Shown in pieces: positions 17,679-29,400 of a stretch of DNA of 64,000 nt. The translations under genes and the position numbers were made by a program. The notes below the pieces were generated by a model, which was not told where the DNA came from, did no database searches, and saw only the letters and a list, made by a program, of their open reading frames with translations. The DNA is from a virus. The stretch is from positions 32,001 to 96,000 of the IMG/VR virus record IMGVR_UViG_3300025889_000083. One strand, given 5' to 3'. Each line of letters opens with the position of its first letter. Within the stretch, counting starts at the first letter, position 1.

Positions 17679-20600
17679 TATGTTCCATCCGATATAATTA
17701 TTTGTTGATTTACGGAACTAAAAACAATATTTGCACTTGATAATGACGTTGAATTTAGTGTCCACCCACCAGCAGATCCGCCTGCTACTGTTAATGTTAA
17801 ACTGTCTGTTGATGATATTTTAGCATTTGTAATCGCATTTGCTGCAATCTGTAAACTATCTATACTTCCTGCAATTATTTCAGAAGTACCAATCTGGTTA
17901 GCTGCTATCTTTGCTGCTGTAATTGCATTAGCGGCAATTTGTAATGTTCCAATAGATCCACTAGATATTTCTGCTGTACCAACTTGATTAGCTGCTATTA
18001 AAGCCGAAGTAATAGCATTTCCAGCTATAAGTGCAGTTGTAATACTTCCACTAACTATTTCTGCAGTACCAATTTGATTAGCTGCTATTAAAGCCGAAGT
18101 AATACTGTTTGCTGCAATTTCACTTGTACCTACTTGATCTGCGGCTATCTTTGCTGATGTAATTGAGTTTGCCTGAATCATTGCGCTTGTAATAGATACA
18201 GAAGTTATTTTTGCAAACTCAATTCCTGAAGCATTGATACTTGCATTTGTAACAGCTCCACTTTCTATCTTTGCATTTGTAATTGCATTTGCTGCAATCT
18301 CATTTGTATCTACAGCACCAGAAGATATCTTCGCATTTGTAATTGCATTTGATGAAATCTGGTTAGTACCAACTGCATCACTCTGAATACTTACAGAAGT
18401 AATACTGTTTGCAGAAATATGAGAATTATCAATAGCATTTGTTACAATCGCTGCGGCTGTTATTGAGTTTGCTGTTATATGGGAACTATCAATGGTGCCA
18501 GCTTGAATAATTGCAGCATTTACAGAGTTAATTGATAATTCATTATTTGTAATTGAGTTTGCTGCTATAATAGCTGCTGTTACAGAGTTTGCTGTTAGTT
18601 CATTATTTGTAATTGTATTTGCTGCTATCTGTGCGGAGCCAACTGAGTTTGCAGCTAATTCTGAACTGGTAATTGATCCTGCAATAATCTGTGCTGCTCC
18701 AATAGCATTTGCTGCCATCTTAGCATTTGTAACAGCTCCAGTGGCAATTTGTATAGCTCCCACAGCTCCAGTTGCAATACTTACTGAGTCTATACTATTT
18801 GCAGCTATTGTTTCATTTGTAACTGAGTTACTTGCTAGTAGTGTTGAAGTGATCGCATTTGCTATAATTTGTGCTGTATTAATAGCATTAGTTGCGACTT
18901 TTCCACTTGTTACAGCATTTGCTGCTATTTTAGCTGCTGTAATTGCACTTCCTGCTAATTGGTTTGTATCAACAGCACCATTGGCAATAATAATACCAGT
19001 TACAGATCCAGTGGCTAATTGAGTTGTTCCAACTCCACCACTAGCAATAATTGTTCCAGATACAGAGCCAATGGTAAGTTCTGCACTTCCAATAGAGTTT
19101 GCAGCTATCTCAACTGAAGTAATTGAGTTTGCTGCCATTAGGGCATTTGTAATAGTACCAGAAGCAATTTCTACTGCGGTAATTTCATTTGCTCCCACAG
19201 TGAATGAATTTATAGCATCTGCAGTTAACTGAGCTGATGTAATACTATTTGCTTGAATAGCAGCAGTTCCAATAGCATTTGCTGCTATTTTTGCTTCTGT
19301 AACTGAGCCCGCTGCAATTGAAGCAGTAGTAATAGAATTAGAAGCTATTTTTGCATTTGTAATCGCATTTGCGGATACATGCACAGTATCAATAGATCCA
19401 CTTATAATTTGGGCACTATCAATAGAGTTTGCGGCTATTTCTGATGTACCAATAGCATTTGCAATAATCATTGTGCTATCTATTGAGTTTGCAGCAATAT
19501 GAGAACTATCAATAGAATCAGCAATAATTGCTACTGATCCAATACTATTTGCGGCAACTTCTGATGCTCCAATAGAGTTTGCTTGAATATGAATTGCTTG
19601 TATTGAGTTTGAAGCTAATTCTACACTTGTAATTGAGTTTGCTGATACTGTAAACGCAGCTACAGCACTTGAAGTTAACATAAGAGAAGTAATACTATTT
19701 GCTTGAATAGCAGTACCTCCAACAGCGTTTTCTGCTATTGTTGTTTCAGTTACAGCACCATCACCAATTTCTCCAGTATTTATTTTGAATTTAGAAGTAA
19801 ATTGCTGTAGTGAATATGTACCTGATGTATTTGCTACTACTGCTAAAATTGCGTCTTTTGTTCTATCTATTTTGTAATTTTGGAAGAAAACATTTGCTCC
19901 GCTATACGCTCTTAATGCACCATCTGAAATCTGTATGCTAGTATTACTATAGACATAAGTTACTTTTGCATATTGTCGAGTAGTACCTGCATCGCCTAAA
20001 ACAATTAGGTCACCAGTTTGATAATCACTTAAGAAAGTAGTACTACTTCCTTCTAATATTGTCTCTCCTGCATCTACAGAGAATGTACCATTTGCTTGTC
20101 CAAAGTCTGTATTTGCATCATTAATTGTTCTTTTTGTAAAAATAGGATAAAGTTTATTTCCTTGTGCATCTTCTGATGTAGTATCTGTTCTATATTCAAT
20201 AGCTTGTAATGGGTCTGCTGTGTTGCTATAGTCATATAATAAATATGCTACGCTGTTTGCAGACATTGCACTAAAGTCTTGCTGTGTTTGTGCAGTATTT
20301 CCGCTTGATACAGTTATAAAAGTTCCAGCGTCTACTTGTGGAGGTAAGTAATTATATGAAGTATTTGAAAAACTTACTACTCCATTAGCAGCTATTGTTA
20401 ATGTTGTATCTAAAAATCCACCTAATGGAATGTCTTTACCTGGTTGACTTGATAATATATGGGCTCCGACGGCATCATCAACACCAATACGTCTGCTTCT
20501 CCATCGAGAAAAGTTTTCTCTAATATTTACTGTTCTTACTCTTACTCGATATGTACCTGGCATTACATTTTCCCAAGTATATGAAGTATCTTCAGGGTCT

Positions 20601-23600
20601 ACACTAAATCTTTCCCATTTTGCATTTCCATCGTATCTACCTTTACCATCCCATGCTACCTGATATTCTTTTAAATGCTCGTACTCACTTGTAACTGAGT
20701 TTCCGTTTTTATCAAGTCTTGTTGATAAAGGAGCTTGCCAAGTAAGTAGTATTTTATATCCTAAATCTGGAGCTGCTGATCCTGATACATTTACGTCTCC
20801 TGATGAATTATCACCTGAGCCCATAGGTATTGCTTTAACTGCTAGATTTCTAGGTACTGGTACTTCTTCAATGTATTTTGGAGGTCTATTTACATCAGGT
20901 ATTGCAGGTATTGCCCAACCTCTATCAATTAAATCATATTTTCCAGAAGTATGCTGTACTGCTGTAATTTCAAAGATTCTTCCATCATTTTCTTTTATGG
21001 CTTGAATCATAAACTCTTTTGAACTTCCAGCAAGTTTTTCACCATCTGCAGAAGTTGTTGTTATTGACCAAATAACATCTCTATTTGGAGCAGCACTAAA
21101 TGCGCTTGCTACTGTTATAGAGCTTGATGTATAACTATCTATAACTTGAGATTCTATTCTTGAATCTTCAGACCAAAGTAATTGTACTAGACCATCAGAA
21201 TCATCTTTACAGTTTGCTGCTTTTGCTGCAGTATCTATCGTATTTCCACCTTCATCTGTAAGTACTAACTCTCCTTTTCGGTATGTAGTACCATTGATAG
21301 TTGCTGAATCTTGTCCGAGATAAGCACCACCAGATGGGTATATTAAGTGTAAAGTTGAGGTTGCTGTTCCTGAAAGTGTAACAGCTCTATCTATATTAAT
21401 TGTTGTAGTTGTAGAAGATGAAGAAACGCGACCACTAAATTGAATATCATCATAGTCTGCGTCTTGTATGTATATTGAATCGCCTGGTTGTAAGAAACCT
21501 GCGTTTAATCCAGTTTTAAATGATACTATTTCAGTATCAAGTTTCTCTGAGAATAAATGGAACTTACCATATCTATGTGCTTGTCCCTGTGAAGTACAAC
21601 CAAATGCTACTGTTTCTTTTGGAATAATTTTACCTATTCTTGCAATCTCATCATAGTCTTCTACAATTTCTACTGCTTGTTTGTAGTGATTATCTGGGTC
21701 ATTCCAAGTTACACGAATTTGATTTGATCTAAATCTTTGTGAAGATGAACTGTATGTAAACATTCCATCAATAACATTACCTTTTGTAAAGGTATAAACA
21801 GGACTTTTTTCCTGCATGGCGGCTAAAGTTATTTGTCCATTTTTCCAGACTAAGATTCCTCTAAATAAAGTTAGGAAATCTTTAACAACTTTTACAGCTT
21901 CTTGTAAATCTTTAATATAAACATTCGCAGTAAAACGAGGTTCTGATCCACCTTTTCCATCTGGTACTAATTCATCGCAATATTTGGCAATAGCAAATAG
22001 AGAATATTTGTCTATTAAATCAAAATTATTATCTGGGTCTAACCAACGTCCTAATCCATATCGAGGATTAGTCATAATGTCTAAAAATACCCACGCTGGG
22101 TTATTACAATAGACTGCATTATAGTTAGGGCTTGTTGCGTCAAATTCGTTTTTATCGCCTCTAAACTTTCCATCCCAGTCTTGGTAAGTTGATGCATCTA
22201 CTCCAGTACTTACATTACGAGTATAACTTGCAGTTGTTCTTCTAATTCCTGTATTCGCAAAAGCTTCTTCTGCTGGAAAATAGTTTGTTGGAACTTTTAT
22301 TTTTAGACCACGTACTTGATATGCTCTTGATGGCATTTCTCTAAAGTCTTTTGCATCAATAATAACTGCTCCAAATGCTGTATATGGATAGTTAAGTTTA
22401 TCTTCTACTATACACTCAATAGATTTAATTACAGACTGATTCTCATGTACCCAGTTACCATATTCAAAATTTGTTGCGGTTGGTCGCTGAATTGTAACTT
22501 GGAAGTCATCAAATGGTTGGAATTTTTCAGTATCAAATGAAAGAGTTGCAAGTGTAGGAGTTACTGTGTGTTTATGAATAACACTTGTTGCTGATTTTGG
22601 TAAAGTATTTGCATGTAAAGATCGACCTGATAAAGTTTTTGGTCCGTGTACAACGACTTCTTCTACCTCAGATCCATTTCTAAAGTATTTAAATAAAATT
22701 CTGTATTCTACAAAAGAAGGACCTGTTGCGTTATTTGAACTATTTTTCTTTCTAGATTCAAGTCTAGGCATTTCCACATTTACTTTAATATGATCAACAA
22801 TGCCAGGATCTCCTGTTCCTATTAAAGTACTTGCTCCATAGGTGCGTCCTCCTGAGGTTGGCTCAGCTAATGGATCTCCATTTGCATCATCTAAAGTTAG
22901 TGTTGCATTACTTGGGTTTCCTGAAATTAAAGATTGTGGTAGCTCCTCGCCTATTTCATGTGCAAATGATGCACTACCAACACCTTTGGGTGATTGTAAA
23001 AATGGTTGCTCTCTTTCTCCTGTTCTGAAAGCATATCCAAAGTTTGTAAAATTAAAACGTGGAGATTCTGATTCAGGTATTCTTGGAGTACTTAGAATAA
23101 TAATTGTGTTTGCTTGATCGACACCACCACCAGTTGCTAGTGTTGCTGTATTTACAGAGTAACTTGCTATTCTATCAACAAGGTCTATCTTACAGTCTGC
23201 ATTTGATACAGTAGTTGCGGGAGCAAGTGCTACTTTTACTGCGGCAGTATTAATAAATTCTGTGATTGTGGCTGCAAAATTACCTCCATCTACTCCTGCT
23301 CCTTCAATTCTTAATTGAGGTACTAATTCTGTAGATGCAGTTTGAACATCATCGCTTGCGAATGACATTATGCTTGTATTTGTTGTAACTATTTTGGAAC
23401 CAGCAGTGGTGCTGACAGCGGCTGTGCCTTTCTTTTTACCCCCAACCACTAATACCTGTCTAACACCATCGCTAGTATCTAAACCATCAAAAACATTTGT
23501 AGAAAGATTATCGGTTAGTTTATTATTTGCTGAATCATATGCGATATCCGTACCTTTTCTTGTTGCAAAACTTTCGGCATACTGATATGAAACTGCTGGA

Positions 23601-23773
23601 GCTCCGTTAATAAGAACACTAGCGGCACCATCAATTAGACCTTCTATTGGTCCTTCTGAGACTAAGTCATACACTACAGCTGTTTGATGCTTTAGTGATG
23701 TTACATTTGTTGATAAATTGCCTGGTGCTGCTGATCCTATACCACCATTTGCAGTTGGGTTATTAAGTGCCAT
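17678..23773 (-). CDS. Central tail tip protein (lambda gpJ-like) with FnIII domain and C-terminal decad repeats
   Basis: DLVSEGPIEGL, NNPAWVFLDIMTNPRYGLG, YCDELVPDG..EPRFT, AFGCTSQGQAHR. Confidence 0.92.
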   Translation of the reverse strand: MALNNPTANGGIGSAAPGNLSTNVTSLKHQTAVVYDLVSEGPIEGLIDGAASVLINGAPAVSYQYAESFATRKGTDIAYDSANNKLTDNLSTNVFDGLDTSDGVRQVLVVGGKKKGTAAVSTTAGSKIVTTNTSIMSFASDDVQTASTELVPQLRIEGAGVDGGNFAATITEFINTAAVKVALAPATTVSNADCKIDLVDRIASYSVNTATLATGGGVDQANTIIILSTPRIPESESPRFNFTNFGYAFRTGEREQPFLQSPKGVGSASFAHEIGEELPQSLISGNPSNATLTLDDANGDPLAEPTSGGRTYGASTLIGTGDPGIVDHIKVNVEMPRLESRKKNSSNNATGPSFVEYRILFKYFRNGSEVEEVVVHGPKTLSGRSLHANTLPKSATSVIHKHTVTPTLATLSFDTEKFQPFDDFQVTIQRPTATNFEYGNWVHENQSVIKSIECIVEDKLNYPYTAFGAVIIDAKDFREMPSRAYQVRGLKIKVPTNYFPAEEAFANTGIRRTTASYTRNVSTGVDASTYQDWDGKFRGDKNEFDATSPNYNAVYCNNPAWVFLDIMTNPRYGLGRWLDPDNNFDLIDKYSLFAIAKYCDELVPDGKGGSEPRFTANVYIKDLQEAVKVVKDFLTLFRGILVWKNGQITLAAMQEKSPVYTFTKGNVIDGMFTYSSSSQRFRSNQIRVTWNDPDNHYKQAVEIVEDYDEIARIGKIIPKETVAFGCTSQGQAHRYGKFHLFSEKLDTEIVSFKTGLNAGFLQPGDSIYIQDADYDDIQFSGRVSSSSTTTTINIDRAVTLSGTATSTLHLIYPSGGAYLGQDSATINGTTYRKGELVLTDEGGNTIDTAAKAANCKDDSDGLVQLLWSEDSRIESQVIDSYTSSSITVASAFSAAPNRDVIWSITTTSADGEKLAGSSKEFMIQAIKENDGRIFEITAVQHTSGKYDLIDRGWAIPAIPDVNRPPKYIEEVPVPRNLAVKAIPMGSGDNSSGDVNVSGSAAPDLGYKILLTWQAPLSTRLDKNGNSVTSEYEHLKEYQVAWDGKGRYDGNAKWERFSVDPEDTSYTWENVMPGTYRVRVRTVNIRENFSRWRSRRIGVDDAVGAHILSSQPGKDIPLGGFLDTTLTIAANGVVSFSNTSYNYLPPQVDAGTFITVSSGNTAQTQQDFSAMSANSVAYLLYDYSNTADPLQAIEYRTDTTSEDAQGNKLYPIFTKRTINDANTDFGQANGTFSVDAGETILEGSSTTFLSDYQTGDLIVLGDAGTTRQYAKVTYVYSNTSIQISDGALRAYSGANVFFQNYKIDRTKDAILAVVANTSGTYSLQQFTSKFKINTGEIGDGAVTETTIAENAVGGTAIQANSITSLMLTSSAVAAFTVSANSITSVELASNSIQAIHIQANSIGASEVAANSIGSVAIIADSIDSSHIAANSIDSTMIIANAIGTSEIAANSIDSAQIISGSIDTVHVSANAITNAKIASNSITTASIAAGSVTEAKIAANAIGTAAIQANSITSAQLTADAINSFTVGANEITAVEIASGTITNALMAANSITSVEIAANSIGSAELTIGSVSGTIIASGGVGTTQLATGSVTGIIIANGAVDTNQLAGSAITAAKIAANAVTSGKVATNAINTAQIIANAITSTLLASNSVTNETIAANSIDSVSIATGAVGAIQIATGAVTNAKMAANAIGAAQIIAGSITSSELAANSVGSAQIAANTITNNELTANSVTAAIIAANSITNNELSINSVNAAIIQAGTIDSSHITANSITAAAIVTNAIDNSHISANSITSVSIQSDAVGTNQISSNAITNAKISSGAVDTNEIAANAITNAKIESGAVTNASINASGIEFAKITSVSITSAMIQANSITSAKIAADQVGTSEIAANSITSALIAANQIGTAEIVSGSITTALIAGNAITSALIAANQVGTAEISSGSIGTLQIAANAITAAKIAANQIGTSEIIAGSIDSLQIAANAITNAKISSTDSLTLTVAGGSAGGWTLNSTSLSSANIVFSSVNQQIIISDGT

Positions 23774-24562
23774 CTATTTTCCTATTTGCTCCAAGTCTTC
23801 AATAATTTCTTCAGTAATATTATTATACTGATCTGCTAATAAATTCCAGTCTATGTTTGAAGTTCCACCTGTGTATATTGCACCACTTGAACCCATACCT
23901 TGATTAGAATATCCTCCACCGACACCGCTAACCCAGTAGTCTTCTCCACCTTGCCAATCTTCATCAGAATTTGTATTCGTAGATCCTGTAAAAGTAAATC
24001 CTGCGGATTGTGTTACTCTTGTGTTTGTAAAGCCAAAGTTTATTGGTGCTCCTCCTATTTCTAGTTTTCCATAACAGAGAGGAACTGGAATACCTTGTTT
24101 TACATTATTAACTGGTCCATTAAATAAGTAGGCTTCATTTGTATCAGATGGTGAATCTTTCATTAGTTTATCAAGTGTGCCTTCTATAACTAACATACTA
24201 CCAAGTGCAAATGTCGCTGCTGCTATTGCTCGTCCTGTAGTTCCAGTTGGGTCTATAAAGAAAGATGCAATCATTAAAATATAACCAATTGTTTGTTTTG
24301 CATTTGAACCTTCTACTGCTGGAGAAATTACTAAATCTTGTCCGCCAAGACTAAGTAATGCATCAGTATCACCATCAATTAATTCTTCACCTTTCTGGAT
24401 TGTATAGTGTATACCTTTACCTGCTTGTTCAGTAATATAATTTAAAAAACCTTCACGTTGCACAGAAATTCCTCGTATAGCTTCTACGATGTTTCGTGCT
24501 TCGAGTTTCCAATGAGATCCAAATTTCTCGCCAAGATCTCCTGTTAAATAAATATTTGTCAT
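23774..24562 (-). CDS. Tail assembly protein (lambda gpI-like)
   Basis: L.G.LG.KFG; YLFNGPVN...QGIPVPLCYG. Confidence 0.85.
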   Translation of the reverse strand: MTNIYLTGDLGEKFGSHWKLEARNIVEAIRGISVQREGFLNYITEQAGKGIHYTIQKGEELIDGDTDALLSLGGQDLVISPAVEGSNAKQTIGYILMIASFFIDPTGTTGRAIAAATFALGSMLVIEGTLDKLMKDSPSDTNEAYLFNGPVNNVKQGIPVPLCYGKLEIGGAPINFGFTNTRVTQSAGFTFTGSTNTNSDEDWQGGEDYWVSGVGGGYSNQGMGSSGAIYTGGTSNIDWNLLADQYNNITEEIIEDLEQIGK

Positions 24563-24888
24563 GCTGGTTCTAAAATAAATACCTCTTTTTGTGGATACGA
24601 TACAATCATATATGGTATCCTTTGTGCGTTACAACAATCAATATCATGTTGACTTGGTTTACAATCGCTCATGTAGTGACTATGGACTATGTATTTTATC
24701 AAAGAATTTAGTTGATATTTAACTACAATCTTTGAGTCGATTTTAAAGCTATTCTTTTTATCGTCTGCTAAATTTTCACATTCAATGAAATCGCCATTCC
24801 GTAAAAGAAGTCCACACATTTCATAAGGTGCCGCTTTCTCTGCTGCTAAGAAGATCTTATCCAAAATCTTTAGCGGCGGGGAAACCAC
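24559..24888 (-). CDS. Tail assembly protein gpK-like (JAB/MPN domain only)
   Basis: PYEMCGLL, IVHSH...PSQHD; no NlpC/P60 half. Confidence 0.85.
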   Translation of the reverse strand: MVSPPLKILDKIFLAAEKAAPYEMCGLLLRNGDFIECENLADDKKNSFKIDSKIVVKYQLNSLIKYIVHSHYMSDCKPSQHDIDCCNAQRIPYMIVSYPQKEVFILEPA

Positions 24889-26101
24889 CGAATGGAATTA
24901 CTACATTAGTACTAAATTCAGTTTTACCTGTAGTAGATGTATTACCAGTATTAATTGGCGTAAATCCAAATCTCATTCCACAAGAAGTGAGAGATTTGCC
25001 ACAGATATCACCTCTTTCCCAGTAAGTACTGTAAGTAGGTGCAACATTAATACTTGCTTTCTTTGCTTTCCACATAAGTGTTTTGTTATAAGTTGCAGAA
25101 CTTGCTACATTATCTGTAAAAGTTACATAGTCATTCTTTTTATCATCTGAGTAAATAAAATACTCTGTTCCATGACTATAAGTTGCATAAGTTCTTACTC
25201 TTTTAAAATTCTCATTTGTATCTGTTGGAGTTCCAAGTGCAGTTTTTGTACCTTGTGTTGCTACTTGCCAATAATTATTTACTGTCTGACTACTTACTGT
25301 TCCATTTGCTGCAGCTCTGCTTGCAGTTGTTTGTGTGTACCAATAAGTATCAAGTGATAAAGTATTTGCTCCTGATTCACTTGTCCAATTTCCAAAAGTA
25401 AGACTACTAGGTACAATATACTCATCATCTTGATTTACATATACTTTATATGTTGTTGCACCATTTTCTGTATATAAATGTCTAGCTTCATAAGTGCTGT
25501 CGATTCTCCAAGTACATCCGCTTTTTGCTTTTTGATACTCTGATAAGTGATCACTTGCACCTTGATATTCCCAAGGACATCTATTTACTACTACTTGTCT
25601 GTATGGAATTTTAATTCCTTCTAATTCAAAAGGAACTCGTAAACTAAATTCTACAGATATTTTTGTTCTTGTTTTAATTCTGTCAATATAAAAAACTTGT
25701 CGTGGATACTCAGTTGGAGGATTTGTTGCTGAAGCTTCTCCATATAAGTATTTCTTTAAAGTAGTTCTACGAATAACTCGATTACCAACTAAAGAATCAT
25801 AGTCGGTTGTTCCTACTGCTCCACTAAAAACACTTGTTGCATTTGCTATTGTAAAACTTGGATTTGGATAAGTTCCTGATGCTTGATGCTCAAAACCTTT
25901 TGCTTGTACAGGTGCAGCAACATAAGTATTTATCTGAGAATTATTTGAATAATCTCTCATTTGTATTGTAGATAAATCAGCTTCAAGACCTACAGCAAAG
26001 TATGCCCAAGTATTTTTGGCATACTCAAATTCATAAAGATCAACAACGGCTGAGCCTGGATCTTGCTTTTGTAAGTCTTTTACTAAAATTTTCTCTGTCA
26101 T
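24857..26101 (-). CDS. Minor tail protein L-like (Fe-S binding)
   Basis: CPWEY, GCTW, DICGKSLTSC, PFGGFP. Confidence 0.9.
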   Translation of the reverse strand: MTEKILVKDLQKQDPGSAVVDLYEFEYAKNTWAYFAVGLEADLSTIQMRDYSNNSQINTYVAAPVQAKGFEHQASGTYPNPSFTIANATSVFSGAVGTTDYDSLVGNRVIRRTTLKKYLYGEASATNPPTEYPRQVFYIDRIKTRTKISVEFSLRVPFELEGIKIPYRQVVVNRCPWEYQGASDHLSEYQKAKSGCTWRIDSTYEARHLYTENGATTYKVYVNQDDEYIVPSSLTFGNWTSESGANTLSLDTYWYTQTTASRAAANGTVSSQTVNNYWQVATQGTKTALGTPTDTNENFKRVRTYATYSHGTEYFIYSDDKKNDYVTFTDNVASSATYNKTLMWKAKKASINVAPTYSTYWERGDICGKSLTSCGMRFGFTPINTGNTSTTGKTEFSTNVVIPFGGFPAAKDFG

Positions 26102-26478
26102 TATGCTTCGTAAACTCTTCTAAATTGTGCATTAAGAGTGTAGTAATCATCATACACCCATGTTTGATCCCAAGTATCACAGACCACTTTTATTGTTTCT
26201 TCACTTCCACCAGCATTTGAATCTGATAATGTAAAGTTAAAGTTTGTGACTCCGCCTTTTGATTCAAAGAACGCTACGATATCATCTATATCTGCTTTTG
26301 GTCGAGTTGTAAAAGCTACATCTATAGTTTGTTCTAAACTATTTATACCGTTTGCAATTCTTTGCTCATATCCATCGCCAAAGTTAGCAACAAATACTCT
26401 TGGTTTGTTATTTCTTTTTTGTCCTCTATCTGGAACTACTACTCCGAGTGTTCCGCCTACATCAAATCCTATTGCCAT
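26101..26478 (-). CDS. Distal tail protein (lambda gpM-like)
   Basis: FGDGYEQR..NGIN; F..VYE end. Confidence 0.9.
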   Translation of the reverse strand: MAIGFDVGGTLGVVVPDRGQKRNNKPRVFVANFGDGYEQRIANGINSLEQTIDVAFTTRPKADIDDIVAFFESKGGVTNFNFTLSDSNAGGSEETIKVVCDTWDQTWVYDDYYTLNAQFRRVYEA

Positions 26479-29400
26479 TATGTACCACTCAATAATCCAC
26501 CTGCGCGTTGTTCATCAGCTATTACTTCTTTAACAGCCGCTGCTATTATAAGTCCCATTTCTCCTCCACGATCTGAGGTCATGGTTGTCTCTCCGTTTGC
26601 CATATTTACATTAACAGAGATATTGTTTGTTCCACCAGATTTTCCTTGCATTTCTACTGGAATACTTCTTCCATTTGGTAGAGGAACTACAGCTTCAGTG
26701 CCATGTAATTCTGCAAGATAGCCAGAGCTTGGTCCTGTTGATACTGCTCCATCACTATACGATCTATAACCAGGTGCGTTTGCTATACCGCCTTGTCTAA
26801 CTCCAAATAATGCTTTTAGACCACCCATAAGACCACCACCATTAGCCATACCACCAAAGAAGCTGTTTGCACTTTGATAAATCATTGCTGCCATTTGAAT
26901 TTTTGCGGCGATTTCCATAAGTTTTGCTGCTTCTTCACTTTTTCCTGCAGCACCAAGTAACATTGAGGCTCCTCCTAAAAATTTAGTAGAAACTCCTGTG
27001 AAAGTATCGACGCCTTCCTTAAATTTATCAGCAGTAGTTTGTGTGCCTGCAAGAGTAACAGAGTTAGGATCTATTCTTTTAATTCCATTTCCTGTTGTAG
27101 TTCCTGTTGTAGTACCTGAACCTGTACTTACACCTGGAAGTGATTGTAAAGCTGTATTTAAGCTTTGTATGTTAAGTTCTAATTGATCGTATTCGAGATT
27201 TAAAGCCTCGATTTTTTCATTTGCACCTGTTGCTAATCCGATATTTTTTTCTTGAGTTTTTCGGTAGTTTTCATTTGCACTTTCTAATTTAGCTATTTCG
27301 TCTTTAATTGCCTGCAAAGTCATTGGTTGGGTATAAGGTCCATAAGGACCGTCAGTTAGAACGTTACCCGTTACCTTAGAAAAATCAGCACCTATACTCT
27401 CATAACCACCTGATTTTGCTATGACTTCACTAATTTGATCCAGTCCATCTTCTAAAAATAGTAGTCTTCTATTATTCGCTGCTTCTGCGGCTTTAGCATT
27501 ATTATAAGCACTTCTAGCAGTTGTTAGTTCGTTGATGTCTCCTTTTATTCCACTTTTCTTTAATTCAGTGGCGGCAATTTCACCTTGTGTTTTAAGTCTA
27601 AAAGCAATTAGAATTGCAGCTTTATGATAGTCTGCTCCTGATTTAATTGCTTGTTCTATTTTGGAAGATGCGGTTTGCATGCCTTTTTGAAGTGCACCGC
27701 CTTCATCTACGTAAATATCTTTTGTAATCTTATTAGGATCAAACATTGTGCCCCCTAATAAGTCTTCCATCATTCTTTCACTGATTGCTTTTCCAACAGA
27801 GTCAGTTAAAGTTTTTGTTAATTCTTCTCCGATATTTTTAAATGCATTTGCTTCACCTCGTAAAGCTGCTCCAATAGAAGAGCCGAGTTTACTAGTAATA
27901 TCATCTAGCATGCTAGTATAGAAATTAAATAGCTCACTTTGTTGTGCTTTTGCTATTCTATAGTTTTGTTTTAGAACTTCAATATTACCTTTTGCTTGTT
28001 GTACTCTAAGCTGTGCAGATTCGTCTCCTTGTTTCTTAGATAGTTCATATGTTGCAGCTTCTAGTTCATTTCGTGCTTTTGCTAGATTAAGTACTGCTGT
28101 CATTGTTTTTTCGTATGCTTTTGCCTCTCTTTGTCTTTTTGTACCAAAGCTATTTTCAGCAACTTCTAAAGATACTCCTAACTGTGCCATTGCAATAAGA
28201 TGAGCCTCTTTATTTAAAGCATTAATATACTCTAATTCTCCTCTAACTAATAGAAGTTGAGCAGCATATTTTCTATGTTCACCAGCAAGCTGTTCCATTG
28301 CCTGTGCTTGAGTTTTTAATTGATCTGTAATATCTTGATATTTTAATTTTGGGAGAGCTTGTATTAAGCTATTGGTTAATTTTACAAGAGCTGACTGCGC
28401 TTGATTATAAGATTTTATAGCTAACATATTTGTAATATGTTTATCGGCAAGTTTTGATACTTCTTTTATTTGTTCACTTGTTAATTGTTTTCCTTCTCTT
28501 AATACATCTGCATAAACTTTCATTTCAGGATCAAGTCTAGACATTGTATCTAATTGTTCTAATAATTTATTGTTAAATTTTTCAAATTCTTTAGGTGCAA
28601 GATTGCTTCCATTTGCAAAAACTTGATACTCTTGTAGTCTATTAACTAAATCTGCACTTTGAAATGCTTGTCCTAATTGTGAAATCTGCTCATCAATACC
28701 TTTTAATAATCCTCTCTCGCGAACTTGTGCCATTTTATCAAGTTCTTGATTTAAACTATCCATACTTCTAGTACTTTCTGAAATTCCTTCGGCAAATTTA
28801 TTTATCGTTTTTCCATTAAATTTATCTACTAAATCTCTTAGTACAGTAAAAGCTGTGATTGCTAAACCAATATAACCTAACCATCTCAATAGTCCTGTTA
28901 TAGCTGTCATAAGTCCTGTTCCTAATGCTTTGATAGTTCCTATAAATTTACCATATTCTATTTGCATTTGGTATAAACTAGATTTCCACTCTAACATTAT
29001 TCTTTTAAATCCAGTGGATTGATCTATAACTAATTGATTCTGTAAGATTTTTAAATCTAGAAGAAGTTTTTTCTCTGCACCTTTTACAAAGTTATGGTGA
29101 TTGAGTAGACTAGATTTTTTTGCTTCTAATGCTTTTCTATACTGTTCTAGATCTGCTTGTGTATACTCTCCTTCTTGAAATCTTGCTAGTCTTCCCTGTG
29201 CGGCTTTTGATCCCGGCTTAGTTTCTAAAACATTGAATAGTTTACCTTGCGCGCCCCCTGTAATTCTACCAATATCTGCTTTTTGCATAGCAGGTAATAA
29301 AGATCCTACTATACTTGCAGTAAAACCTACAATAGCAAATGTTGCTGCTTCAGTGCTCTCAGTTATTCCTTTTGCAATAAACTCAGATATAGTTGCAATA

